From NCBI GenBank assembly GCA_024687165.1, contig JAILEY010000076.1:82-64081 (forward strand): a stretch of 64,000 nucleotides of DNA, in the 5' to 3' direction. The notes under the pieces were generated by a model that was not told the DNA's origin, searched no databases, and saw nothing but the letters and a program-made list of their open reading frames with translations. Positions 9,129 through 18,995 of this stretch are shown piece by piece. Position numbers and translations under genes: made by a program. Numbering within the stretch: the first letter of the stretch is position 1; every line of letters begins with the position of its first letter. This DNA is from Treponema sp. GTDB taxonomy: Bacteria > Spirochaetota > Spirochaetia > Treponematales > Treponemataceae.

Positions 9129-9800
9129 ATGGCAGAAAAACTTTCAAACGACCAGATTATTAAGGCTCTTCTTGATGCAGCTTTTTTCAGATCAGCGGGA
9201 GATACAAGTCTGGCAAATGTAGCAGATAATCTTGGAATAAAAAAAGCTTCCCTTTACAATCACTTTGAAAGCAAGCTGGATATGATGAATAAAGCAACTG
9301 AATCCTGCGGTGAATATATCAATGGAATAAATTTTATTCCAAATGACGTTCGGGGTGTTGCCCAGCGATATCCGGCAGAGACTGTTCTTAAGGGACTCGT
9401 TTCAAGATATGTTAAAATGCACGAAAAAGATCCTCTGTTTCAAATTTACACATTTCTTGAAAGTCAGAAATTTTTTGATTCAAATGCAGCAAGACTGATT
9501 GAAGAAAGAAACAAAAGACTTGTTGAACAGACTGAAACAGTTCTGATTGCACTCTTTGAACACAACAAAATTTCAATTCAGAAATTCCAGATTCACGGTG
9601 CGGCAGTTTGGTTCTGTGCAGGAATGAATGATCTTTTAAGCAGTTATCTTCTTACAAGAAAAGAAGTTGTAAAACAGAATCCTCCGTCTGGTGAAGGTGA
9701 ACTTTTTACCCTCGAAGCAGACGAAGAATCAATAGAAAGAATAAACAAATTTGTAGAAGAATTTGCAGTTCTTTTAAAACATTTCCAGGCGGCGAATTAG
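9129..9800 (+). CDS. TetR/AcrR family regulator
   Basis: N-terminal HTH SLANVADNLGIKKASLYNHFESK. Confidence 0.88.
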   Translation: MAEKLSNDQIIKALLDAAFFRSAGDTSLANVADNLGIKKASLYNHFESKLDMMNKATESCGEYINGINFIPNDVRGVAQRYPAETVLKGLVSRYVKMHEKDPLFQIYTFLESQKFFDSNAARLIEERNKRLVEQTETVLIALFEHNKISIQKFQIHGAAVWFCAGMNDLLSSYLLTRKEVVKQNPPSGEGELFTLEADEESIERINKFVEEFAVLLKHFQAAN

Positions 9801-10355
9801 ATTTTCAAGCTTAATGGAATACTGTCTGTCTGCCGCCCAGGTTCCTGCAAGTCCTTCAATCGTTTTTGATTTTCCACGAGGATTAACATATTTATAACGA
9901 CGGTCAATGCACTCGTTTGCAAGAACTTTATCTTCAGTCGTTGCGTATGCGTGAAGATGCTGAATGTGCGCTCTGATTCCAAGACGTTCATTTTCAAAAA
10001 CTTCTCCACGCTGTTCTTCATTTATTGCACCAAGACCACAGTAATTGTGCATTTCAGCAGTAACAAGATTCCCAAAAGTCAAAAATCCGGTTTCATGGCA
10101 CATTTGAACAAACGCACAGTCGCTGTTTATTCCCTCCGCTGAAGCTTCTTCTATATATATCTGAGCAAATTCAAGTATATATTCCGGATCAGCTTCAGGA
10201 TTATTAGCCATAAAAAAATCAGTCAGCTGCTCTGCGGATTTTATTCCATGATCTGCAAGAGTTCGTGAGATTTTAGGTCTTCTAAAGGAAACACAGGATA
10301 CTGCAAAAAAACATGCAAGTGCTGTGATCACAAGTGAAATATTCTTTTTAAGCAT
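9774..10355 (-). CDS. Glucosaminidase-domain (peptidoglycan hydrolase) lipoprotein
   Basis: Lipobox FAVSC; AFVQMCHETGFL, HNYCGLGA, LAGTWAAD..Y motifs of mannosyl-glycoprotein endo-beta-N-acetylglucosaminidase-like family. Confidence 0.8.
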   Translation of the reverse strand: MLKKNISLVITALACFFAVSCVSFRRPKISRTLADHGIKSAEQLTDFFMANNPEADPEYILEFAQIYIEEASAEGINSDCAFVQMCHETGFLTFGNLVTAEMHNYCGLGAINEEQRGEVFENERLGIRAHIQHLHAYATTEDKVLANECIDRRYKYVNPRGKSKTIEGLAGTWAADRQYSIKLENLIRRLEMF

Positions 10356-10357
10356 TA

Positions 10358-11098
10358 TCAGTTCCGGATAGTTGTTCCAACGTAATTTTTATCTTCAAGA
10401 ATTGCGCGAAGATTTTCAATATTTTTTCCGGCAGCACAAATTACTTTAAGTCCCATTTCCTGAGCTTTTTTTGATGCAATCGGATCGAACGGACAATTTT
10501 TTCCAGGAACCCATTCATCACCAACCATCTTGCGGAAATCAGCCCATGAAATTTCATCTATCGGACGTGCATCAGGATTTTTTCTTGGATCATCTGTATA
10601 AACTTTTTCAATATTTGAAAGATTCACAACTGTGTCAGCATTGAACTTTTCAGCAAGAAGAACTGCATCATTATCTGTTGAAAATCCCGGCTTCCATCCT
10701 GCAGCAACAAGAATACGCCCTGTAAAATCACAAGGTGCAGTAGGGTCTGTAACAACAGCTTCCTTACACAAAGGGCCAAAAACTGTTTTTAAAATCTGTG
10801 CATTAAGACGAGTTGCCATAATTCCAATCCAGTCGCATGCATAATCAGTTTCTGCATTATCTGCAAACGACAGCATTTTTTTCTGAGTTTCATTAAAAGC
10901 TGAAGCAACATTTCTGTATGCATTCTGATATACGCGTGCAGGAGCTCCACCACCGGCTACAAAAACAAGACGTTCATCAGGATTTTTTTCAAGCCAGTCT
11001 GCAATCATTGCACTGAAAGCCGTCAAAAGTTCTACATCAGGTTCACCAGGAGCAATAATCGATCCGCCTACAGATAATACTTTAGTTTTCATTTTCAT
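10358..11098 (-). CDS. pyrH: UMP kinase (archaeal/spirochaete type)
   Basis: KVLSVGGS, GGGAPARVYQ, GWKPGFSTD, VYTDDPRKNPDA, PFDPIAS. Confidence 0.9.
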   Translation of the reverse strand: MKMKTKVLSVGGSIIAPGEPDVELLTAFSAMIADWLEKNPDERLVFVAGGGAPARVYQNAYRNVASAFNETQKKMLSFADNAETDYACDWIGIMATRLNAQILKTVFGPLCKEAVVTDPTAPCDFTGRILVAAGWKPGFSTDNDAVLLAEKFNADTVVNLSNIEKVYTDDPRKNPDARPIDEISWADFRKMVGDEWVPGKNCPFDPIASKKAQEMGLKVICAAGKNIENLRAILEDKNYVGTTIRN

Positions 11099-11164
11099 TC
11101 CTCTTATGTATAAAAAATTAAAATAATTCTAACTTCAAATTTCTCTAAAACTATTAAAATTGTC

Positions 11165-11182
11165 TTCCAGTCGCATTGAGCA
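11165..11182 (+). repeat. Modular intergenic repeat, copy B (degenerate, short)
   Basis: TTCCAGTCGCATTGAGCA vs CTCCCAGTCGCGTTGAGCA in copy E. Confidence 0.6.
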
Positions 11183-11220
11183 CCAATTTTATAAAATTTA
11201 TAAAAATTAAAATTAAATCC

Positions 11221-12942
11221 TTAATAAATTCCAAGCACTACAGGATTATTCCACAAAGAACTGTAACTTGAAGTTGCATCTCCTGCTTCTTCCCAGATTG
11301 ACTGGAATGCATAAGTTCTTGGTCTATACACAGTCTTGCTGTTTACACCCGACTGACGAATCTGCTTCCATCCGCGGCTAAAAGCAATATGCTGATTATC
11401 AAGATTTCCAAAATAAAATTCTTTTACATCACCGATATAACTGAAGTTCTTGAATTCAAGTCCTGCGGCAAGGGCAACATCAACCGGGGACCATCCGTAA
11501 TCTTCAAAATAAATTTCGCACCACCAGTGTGCAGATGAAACATCTTTTTCCTGAACAAGAATTCCACTTACAGGAAGTGCAGGGATTCCAGCCGCACGAC
11601 AAACGGCAGCATACAGAATTGCAAAATCATAAGCATCACCCTTCTTCTTTCTGATCAGATCGATTACAGAAACATCTCCGGATCTAATTTTTGAAGAAAG
11701 CTTATATTCATGAAGGAAGAAATCATAAATCATTCTTGCTTTTTTATACGGATTTTTTTCTGCACCACAAATTTTCTTCATCAGTGTGATAACAGCAGGA
11801 TCCGCTGCAGGCACAAGCTCATCTTTTCTTGTTGCAATTGTATACAAAGCGCTGTTATTTCGTTTGTAAGGACTTACCGCTTCCGCCTTTATATTTGATT
11901 TTACTGCATACGAGCTGACAATATACGTCTGAGAAAATCTCTGTTTTGCAGAAGAATTTTTTGACATGGAAACTTTGTAAATCATATTGTCTGCATCATC
12001 GGGAATAAAAGGATCCGGGAAAATTTCATTAAGCTGTGCATAAGGCTGAAATGAAGTCACAACCGGCTTTGGGACATAAAGCATGATTGTAGAATCTTTT
12101 GAAGCAGAATAATTTGAAATATCTGCAACACTCTGAACAACATAAGTTCTTCTTGCCGAATACTGTTTTTTTCCAACAGGATAACTTACGGTGATTTTTT
12201 TAGATGTACTTGTTCCTTTTGAAGTCTCTACAAAAACTGAACCGCTGTCTGCACCATCCGGCACCTGAATAATAATTTCAGTATCGCTCCAGGAAACATA
12301 ATCCCTGTCCTGAACATTTGCAGCAATATAAATGTCACTCTGATTTTCTTCCTGTCCAGACTGAAGTCCTTTCTCACCGCCACCCGCATAACCGTCTCCA
12401 TTTCTGTTAGCAGTAAAATAAACGGTAGAATTTTCGCGAGTAGAGCCGAAGTTTGAACCAGTGATAATAATATGCTGACCGACAACAACTTTTTCCGGAG
12501 AAACAGAAGCAATTTTTGGGACAGAAATAACAGGATCAAGCTTCACCGCAACCGGGATATTAACTTCATTTGCAAAAAAAGCCGGTTCAGATCTGCCTTC
12601 AGAAGTACCAACAATTACAAGACCGTCCTGAACATTATCCGGAAGAACAAGCCTGATTTCATGATCACGCCAGATTCTGTAATTTGAAGAAGTGATTTTT
12701 GAACCTGAAATTTCAACATAAGAAGTTCCACGTGAAGTACCAAATCCTGAGCCTGAAATTACAAGCTCATCACCAGGTGCACCTATCTGAGGAGAAATCT
12801 CTTTTATCTCAGGAATCTTTTTTACAGTTTTATCGATTATTGAATAAAGCAAAATTCCCAGCACTGCAACGGATAAAAAAGTTCCTATCCGTACTGCCGG
12901 GAATCTGAAAAAGAGTTTTTTATATGTGTCAAAAATTTTCAC
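11221..12942 (-). CDS. Membrane-anchored IPT/TIG + transglutaminase-like protein (catalytic Cys replaced by Ala)
   Basis: GTG start; N-terminal TM; two IPT/TIG repeats (ISPQIGAPGDELVISGSGFG; VSPEKVVVGQHIIITGSNFG); GDAYDFA, AHWWCE, GWSPVD. Confidence 0.85.
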   Translation of the reverse strand: MKIFDTYKKLFFRFPAVRIGTFLSVAVLGILLYSIIDKTVKKIPEIKEISPQIGAPGDELVISGSGFGTSRGTSYVEISGSKITSSNYRIWRDHEIRLVLPDNVQDGLVIVGTSEGRSEPAFFANEVNIPVAVKLDPVISVPKIASVSPEKVVVGQHIIITGSNFGSTRENSTVYFTANRNGDGYAGGGEKGLQSGQEENQSDIYIAANVQDRDYVSWSDTEIIIQVPDGADSGSVFVETSKGTSTSKKITVSYPVGKKQYSARRTYVVQSVADISNYSASKDSTIMLYVPKPVVTSFQPYAQLNEIFPDPFIPDDADNMIYKVSMSKNSSAKQRFSQTYIVSSYAVKSNIKAEAVSPYKRNNSALYTIATRKDELVPAADPAVITLMKKICGAEKNPYKKARMIYDFFLHEYKLSSKIRSGDVSVIDLIRKKKGDAYDFAILYAAVCRAAGIPALPVSGILVQEKDVSSAHWWCEIYFEDYGWSPVDVALAAGLEFKNFSYIGDVKEFYFGNLDNQHIAFSRGWKQIRQSGVNSKTVYRPRTYAFQSIWEEAGDATSSYSSLWNNPVVLGIY

Positions 12943-12944
12943 TT

Positions 12945-13646
12945 TCAGTTTCCTTTTTTCAAGGTTGAACTGTCAGACGGCAAAAATGATTCCATCTGAA
13001 AATTTCCAGCATTATTCAAATCATTTTCTGCTGAATAAAACACATCATAACTTGTAAGCTCAGGTCTGATATAATTTACAGATCTGCTTCTGTTGATTTT
13101 TTTCATAGAAGTTCCTGCAGTTACATTTGAAACAACGCTTGCGTGATATGACGGAGTTTCTTCACCGAGGAATGAATTTATGTGTTCAACATTGAGTGTT
13201 CCGGAAGCCATTACATGATCCACCGAAGGTCCAACTTCTCTATGTGCAACAGGAACAAACTGAGTCTGAGCCGCAGATGAAACAGTCTTTGTCTTTACAG
13301 GGAGAATAACTGCAACAACTAAAGCCGCTGCAACTCCTGTAGCAATATATTTCAAGCTGCTTGAAAATGCCGGGAACTTTCTGACATTTTTCTCACTGAA
13401 TTTCAAAGTTTTGCTGTAAGACATTTTTGCCTGAAGACGTTCAAAACTTGAATCAAGCTGTGCCTGAGAGAATTTGTATGAATCTCTGTCTTTTGCAAAT
13501 ACACTCTGAACTTCCTTCAATGTATCAAGAATCATCTTGCATTTAGGGCAGGAAGCAACATGAGCTTCATATTCCGCAACATATTTTGCAGGAAGCTCTC
13601 CGTCGAGATAAACTGAATGAAGATCTTTTTCAGGACAGGTAGACAT
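12945..13646 (-). CDS. Zinc-binding anti-sigma factor
   Basis: YLDGEL...HVASCPKC ZAS motif; single TM; directly downstream of ECF sigma. Confidence 0.88.
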   Translation of the reverse strand: MSTCPEKDLHSVYLDGELPAKYVAEYEAHVASCPKCKMILDTLKEVQSVFAKDRDSYKFSQAQLDSSFERLQAKMSYSKTLKFSEKNVRKFPAFSSSLKYIATGVAAALVVAVILPVKTKTVSSAAQTQFVPVAHREVGPSVDHVMASGTLNVEHINSFLGEETPSYHASVVSNVTAGTSMKKINRSRSVNYIRPELTSYDVFYSAENDLNNAGNFQMESFLPSDSSTLKKGN

Positions 13647-14181
13647 CTTCTTCTCCTATTAATTTTAAAAGCTGAGCTCTTGCACGGAACACCCTGATTT
13701 TTACGTTCCCCTCCGTGATTCCAAGCTGCGCCCCAATTTCCTTATAATTCATATCTGCATATTCACGCAGGATAAGAACCTCTCTTAAATTTTCGGGCAG
13801 TTTATTCAAAGCCTCAAGTGCAATCTGTTTTGATTCGCCCTTTAAATAATCAACCTCACCGCTGTTGAACTGTCTGCGATCTTCATAAAGAGCCTTGTGA
13901 TAAGCATTCGACTCTCTGATTTTTCTTTTCGCATAATTCAGCGACGCATTTTTCACAACACGAATCAGCCAGTAAGTTGCATCATTCATCGATGGGAAAA
14001 CCATTTCTTTTTCACTGGCTTTGATAAAAGAATCATGAACCAGATCTTCAGCGGCTTCCTCATCAAGAACGATTTTCACCGAAATTTTAAACAAAAGTTC
14101 AAACGTTGAGTTATATATCTTTCTAAAATCTACCAGATCGGCACACTTTAATTCCGCCGGCTCACTCTTACCTAATAACAA
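13630..14181 (-). CDS. ECF RNA polymerase sigma factor
   Basis: AEDLVHDSF, WLIRVVKN region 2; LREYADMNYKEIG...GNVKIRVFRAR region 4. Exact start uncertain. Confidence 0.9.
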   Translation of the reverse strand: MLLGKSEPAELKCADLVDFRKIYNSTFELLFKISVKIVLDEEAAEDLVHDSFIKASEKEMVFPSMNDATYWLIRVVKNASLNYAKRKIRESNAYHKALYEDRRQFNSGEVDYLKGESKQIALEALNKLPENLREVLILREYADMNYKEIGAQLGITEGNVKIRVFRARAQLLKLIGEEDVYLS

Positions 14182-14204
14182 ACTTCTTTCCTTTTAGTTA
14201 CAGA

Positions 14205-15737
14205 TTATTTTCTTGTCCAGACTGGTCCGCTTGGAGTATCTGTAACTGTAATTCCCTTACTTGTCAGCAGATCACGAATTTCATCACATCGTGCAAAATT
14301 CTTTGCTTTTTTTGCTTCTACACGTTCAGCAACAAGAGCATCGATTTCTGCAGCCTCAGGATCATTTGAGTGATCAGGAAGTGCAGCTTTTGCAGCTTTT
14401 TCTGCTTCTTCATTATATTTTGCAGCGCTTTCAATAAGCTTAAGGCTTATAACGCTGTCCATTCTGTTTATAATTTCAGCAGCTTCTTTTGCATCAAGAG
14501 AGCCGTCTTTACAAACTTTCTGGATACAGCTGAGTGCAACAGGCATTGCAAGATCATTTTCAAGGGCACTCTGGAATTTTGCAAGATGCTCCTTTGCCTT
14601 TTCTGAAAGCCCAGTTACATCTGCGGCTTCACCTTTGGCATACACCTTCTTGAATGAAGATGCGTCTGCCCCGGATGCAGCAAGAATTTTTGCGACACGC
14701 TGAATAAGTGCAAGTCTTGAAGCTTTTGCTCCATCCATTGCTTCCCAGCTGAAGTATACCTGCTTACGGTAATGTGCACCAAGAAGGAAGAAACGGTAAT
14801 CAAGAGCATCATATCCTTTGTCTATCAACGACTGAAGTGTCAAAAAGTTACCGCTTGATTTTGACATCTTTGTTGCACCCTGAAGAACTAAAAATTCATT
14901 GTGCATCCAGTAATTTACCCAAGGTCCCTGCTTTCTCTCTTCTTCTGTAAATGCACCTTCAGACTGAGCAATTTCATTAGTATGATGAACAGGAACATGA
15001 TCGATTCCGCCTGTATGGATATCAAAATGACGGCCCAGATATTTCATACTCATTGCAGAACATTCAATGTGCCATCCAGGATATCCGCGTCCCCATGGGC
15101 TGTCCCAGGTTAAAGCCTGATTTTCAAACTTTGACTTTGTAAACCATAATGCAAAATCCTGAGGATTTCTTTTATTTTCATCAATTACAACTTCTTTTCT
15201 TCGGCCCGCACCTTCTTTAAGCTCATCAAGATTCAGGTTTGCAAGCTTTCCGTAATCCTTGTATGTAGAAACATCATAGTAAAGATTTCCACCAGCCATA
15301 TATGTATGACCATTTGCTTCAAGCTGCTTTATAAGTTCAATCATCTCATTGATATGTTCTGTTGCCTTACAAACAACATCAGGTCTGCGGATATTCAGAC
15401 GGTCAATATCATTATAAAAAGCTTCTGTATAAAATTTTGCAATTTCAAGAACACTCTGATGCTTTTCTTCTGCAGTCTTTACCATTTTGTCATCACCGTC
15501 ATCGCTATCCCCGCTCAAGTGACCAACATCGGTAATGTTCATGACATGCTTAATATCATAACCAAGATAATTGAAAGTCTTATCAAGAGTATCAAGAAAA
15601 ACATAGGCACGAAGATTTCCAATATGAGCATAATTGTAAACAGTAGGACCACAGCCGTAAAATCCGACAAAACCTTCCTTAAGCGGCTTAAATTCCTGCA
15701 TTGTGCGTCCCATTGTATTATATAATCTTAAAGCCAT
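14205..15737 (-). CDS. cysS: Cysteinyl-tRNA synthetase
   Basis: CGPTVY, HIGN, PGWHIEC, KMSKS. Start moved to ATG 15737, which has a GGAGG SD. Confidence 0.97.
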   Translation of the reverse strand: MALRLYNTMGRTMQEFKPLKEGFVGFYGCGPTVYNYAHIGNLRAYVFLDTLDKTFNYLGYDIKHVMNITDVGHLSGDSDDGDDKMVKTAEEKHQSVLEIAKFYTEAFYNDIDRLNIRRPDVVCKATEHINEMIELIKQLEANGHTYMAGGNLYYDVSTYKDYGKLANLNLDELKEGAGRRKEVVIDENKRNPQDFALWFTKSKFENQALTWDSPWGRGYPGWHIECSAMSMKYLGRHFDIHTGGIDHVPVHHTNEIAQSEGAFTEEERKQGPWVNYWMHNEFLVLQGATKMSKSSGNFLTLQSLIDKGYDALDYRFFLLGAHYRKQVYFSWEAMDGAKASRLALIQRVAKILAASGADASSFKKVYAKGEAADVTGLSEKAKEHLAKFQSALENDLAMPVALSCIQKVCKDGSLDAKEAAEIINRMDSVISLKLIESAAKYNEEAEKAAKAALPDHSNDPEAAEIDALVAERVEAKKAKNFARCDEIRDLLTSKGITVTDTPSGPVWTRK

Positions 15738-15795
15738 GATTCCTCCAGGCAAAATCTACTCGATTTTTTTTTATTCTTCATATATTATTAAAATA

Positions 15796-16764
15796 ATGTT
15801 AAGCATAAGAGAATTGAGCGAAAAATTCAATAACTCACCCGATTTCAAAGGTTCTGCAGTTATGGAAGAAGACATGAAGAACCACACCACGATGAAAGTC
15901 GGAGGAAATGCAGCTCTTTTTATTCAGCCTGAAAACACAGAAAGCCTTTTATTTGCAGTTTCAGAATGCGCCAGAAATGAAATCAATTTTTTTACAACAG
16001 GCGGAGGAAGCAATCTTGTTTTTTCTGACAACGGCTTCAGCGGAGCAATAATCAATACCCTGAAAATGAATAAAATTCAGCAGATTGATGATACACACAT
16101 AAAATGCGATGCGGGTGTTCTTACCGATGATCTCGTACAATTTTGTGCAGAAAGAGGAATTGCGGGAACAGAAACTTTTGCAGGTCTTCCAGGAACAGTT
16201 GGAGGTGCCGCTTTCATGAACGCCCGATGCTACGGAAAGGAAATGGCGGACATTCTCACAAGCGCTGAATATATTGAAGCAAAAAAAATTACCGATTTTT
16301 CAGACAAATTTATTGAAGAGTACGTTAAAATATATCATAATAATAAAGATAAATCGGACTGGGCATATAAACATTCTCCACTTGCAGATGGATCAAAAAT
16401 CATTGTAAGTGTCACAATCGAAGTTACCCCTGCTGATTTGTCAAAAAAAACCAGTTTATGCGCTGAATGCAGGAAATATGTTGATGACCGGACGCAGAAA
16501 GGACACTTCAAATTTCCAAGTTCAGGAAGCGTATTCAAAAATGACCGTAACTTCGGGAAGCCCAGCGGTGTTCTGATTGATGAAGCCGGATTAAAGGGAA
16601 CCAGAATCGGAGGAGCACAAGTTGCCCCATTCCACGGAAACATAATAATCAATGCAGAAAACGCAACTGCATCTGATATAAAAAAGCTGGTAGAATATGT
16701 GCAGCAGAAGATTAAGGAGAAAAACGGATATCTTCTGGAGCCGGAAGTAATATTTGTAAATTAG
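15796..16764 (+). CDS. murB: UDP-N-acetylenolpyruvoylglucosamine reductase
   Basis: HTTMKVGG, GGGSN, GLPGTVGGA..MNA, PSSGSVFKN, H.N, LEPEV. Start moved to ATG 15796. Confidence 0.95.
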   Translation: MLSIRELSEKFNNSPDFKGSAVMEEDMKNHTTMKVGGNAALFIQPENTESLLFAVSECARNEINFFTTGGGSNLVFSDNGFSGAIINTLKMNKIQQIDDTHIKCDAGVLTDDLVQFCAERGIAGTETFAGLPGTVGGAAFMNARCYGKEMADILTSAEYIEAKKITDFSDKFIEEYVKIYHNNKDKSDWAYKHSPLADGSKIIVSVTIEVTPADLSKKTSLCAECRKYVDDRTQKGHFKFPSSGSVFKNDRNFGKPSGVLIDEAGLKGTRIGGAQVAPFHGNIIINAENATASDIKKLVEYVQQKIKEKNGYLLEPEVIFVN

Positions 16765-16775
16765 GTGGTAAAAAG

Positions 16776-17981
16776 GTGTTACAGCTTTCATTTGTAAAAT
16801 TTCCCCAGAATTCCCTCATTCTTATTGAAGGAACTCCTGCTTCCGATAAATTCTACATCATTCAGACAGGCAGAGTTAGATGTCACTGCGATGTTGCAAC
16901 TCCTGGAAGTCAGCCGGAATTTCTTGGTCCCGGAGACTTTATCGGCGTTATTTCGTGCATGTCCGGAAAAAGTCAGGCAAAGAACGTTACAGCTATAACA
17001 GAAGTTACATTAATCTGCGTTCAAAAATCACAGTATCCTGATCTCATCGCAAAAAATACACCTGTTGCTTTAAAAATTGTAAAATCATTCGCACGTGATA
17101 TGAGAACTGTTAATGATCAGCTTACAAAAATAACAGCAGCAAAAGCAGCACCTGAAACTCCAGAAAATATTTTTGCAATTGCAGATTATTATGAACAGGC
17201 AGGTCAGAACGACATTGCAGCCTACGCATATTATCAGTATCTCAAAGAATGCCCTACAGGAGCTAATATTGAAACTGTAAAAAGACGATTTGTCGGTCTC
17301 AAGGCAAGATCTAAAGCCGTTTACTACGAACCGACAACTGATCCTATAAGAGAATACCCTGCAAACACAATGATTATGGTCGATAATCAGCATGGAAATG
17401 ATATGTTCATCATTCAGCAGGGATCTGTAGCGATTACAAAAGTTGTAAATGGAAATGAAATCGTTCTTGCAGTTCTGAAAAAGGGCGACATGTTCGGTGA
17501 AATGGCACTTCTTGAAGACAAACCAAGATCAGCAAATGCAATAGCCAAAGAAAACTGCCGTCTGATGGTAATCAACAGAGCCAACTTTAATCAGATGGTT
17601 TCTACACAGCCACAGATGATTTCAAAGCTTACAACAACTTTCGCAGACCGACTCTGGGGTATGTTCCGCCAGCTTGGAAACACACAGCTTACAGATAACC
17701 GTGAAAAGATGATTGATATGCTTGCTCTTCAGATTGAAAAATCTAACGTGCAGTGGATCAAAGGCTCTCCTTACTCTACAGGATATACTGTTATGGATCT
17801 CTTAAAATTCTGTAACATTCCGCAGAAAAGCCAGAACCTTGCTTACAATCAGCTTCAGTCAGATCAGCTTGTAAAAATTAAAGGCGCTAAAATTGACATT
17901 CCAGATGTTGATGAACTTATTAAACAGGCAGCCTTCTACAGAAAGCAGCTTAAGAAGAGACAGAATGCAGAAATTCACTAA
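16776..17981 (+). CDS. Crp/Fnr-like protein with two cNMP-binding domains
   Basis: GTG start; domain 2 FGEMALLEDKPRSANA canonical; domain 1 degenerate; TPR-like linker (AYAYYQYLKECP). Confidence 0.85.
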   Translation: MLQLSFVKFPQNSLILIEGTPASDKFYIIQTGRVRCHCDVATPGSQPEFLGPGDFIGVISCMSGKSQAKNVTAITEVTLICVQKSQYPDLIAKNTPVALKIVKSFARDMRTVNDQLTKITAAKAAPETPENIFAIADYYEQAGQNDIAAYAYYQYLKECPTGANIETVKRRFVGLKARSKAVYYEPTTDPIREYPANTMIMVDNQHGNDMFIIQQGSVAITKVVNGNEIVLAVLKKGDMFGEMALLEDKPRSANAIAKENCRLMVINRANFNQMVSTQPQMISKLTTTFADRLWGMFRQLGNTQLTDNREKMIDMLALQIEKSNVQWIKGSPYSTGYTVMDLLKFCNIPQKSQNLAYNQLQSDQLVKIKGAKIDIPDVDELIKQAAFYRKQLKKRQNAEIH

Positions 17982-18519
17982 AATTCTTTCAGCATTATTT
18001 TTAGCCTCAGTTTTTACATCTGCAGTCTTTGCAAAAGACCCACTTCCATCAGGGTACAAAAACATTAAATTCGGAATGACGCTTGATGAAGTAAAAAAAG
18101 CACTCAAAAAAGACCTGAACTTCGGTTACCGCGGAGACAGAGACGTTTCCCTTTTACCGGGCGGAGAAAACAGAGTGCTTATTGAAACTGACACCTCAAA
18201 AAATGCACCGTATTCTTTCCTTGAAAAATGCTGGTTTCAGTTTCATGACAACAAACTTTATACAATCACAATTACAATGCGCCGCTCAAAAATTGACCAT
18301 TACTCAATCTACACAAAGCTTGTAGAAAAATACGGCGAACCTTCAACCCTCAGTCCTGAAAAAACTGAGTGGATAGACGACAACACGATTATATCTCTTG
18401 AACGACCACTTACATTAAAATACACAGATAAAAAAGTCTTTGAAAAGATGCAGTCAGACGCAATGGTAAAAAAGAGCGCTGAAGAACAGGCAAAACAAGA
18501 CTTTCTGGACCAGCTTTAA
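17965..18519 (+). CDS. Exported hypothetical protein
   Basis: Start moved to ATG 17965, giving signal peptide MQKFTKILSALFLASVFTSAVFA. Confidence 0.75.
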   Translation: MQKFTKILSALFLASVFTSAVFAKDPLPSGYKNIKFGMTLDEVKKALKKDLNFGYRGDRDVSLLPGGENRVLIETDTSKNAPYSFLEKCWFQFHDNKLYTITITMRRSKIDHYSIYTKLVEKYGEPSTLSPEKTEWIDDNTIISLERPLTLKYTDKKVFEKMQSDAMVKKSAEEQAKQDFLDQL

Positions 18520-18521
18520 TT

Positions 18522-18989
18522 ATGAAAAAACAAATTCTTCTCATCATACTTGCCGGTACACTGATTTTAAACTTCTCTTCTTGCAGGGAAAACAAAAAAG
18601 ACAACAGAAAATTCAATTTGCCGGTAAAAGAGCTTACAATTCAAACAAAGGACGGAAAAACAGTCTGCGTACAAGCTGAAATTGCATCAAAAAAAGAAGA
18701 GCGAAACTGGGGATTCATGGAAAGAAAAAACATTCCAGATGGAACCGGCATGCTTTTTGTTTTTGAATATGATCAGCAGTTGAGTTTCTGGATGCACAAC
18801 ACTCCGACAGCACTATCAATCGCATATATCACTGCGGACGGAACAATTGCAGACATTCTTGACATGACACCTTACAGTGAAGCTTCAGTTAAAAGCAGCA
18901 GATCCGTACGTTACGCACTTGAAGTTCCTCAGGGATGGTATAAAAAAACCGGTATTTCTACCGGTGATAAACTCAAGCTTCCTTATTAA
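18522..18989 (+). CDS. DUF192-family lipoprotein
   Basis: Lipobox FSSC; GFMERK, GMLFVF, FWMHNT, YALEVPQG. Confidence 0.88.
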   Translation: MKKQILLIILAGTLILNFSSCRENKKDNRKFNLPVKELTIQTKDGKTVCVQAEIASKKEERNWGFMERKNIPDGTGMLFVFEYDQQLSFWMHNTPTALSIAYITADGTIADILDMTPYSEASVKSSRSVRYALEVPQGWYKKTGISTGDKLKLPY

Positions 18990-18995
18990 ACAGGA

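Noticed and set aside
10358-11098. Archaeal-type UMP kinase as recent transfer from Archaea
   Set aside because: This PyrH type is already known in treponemes; it is not novel.
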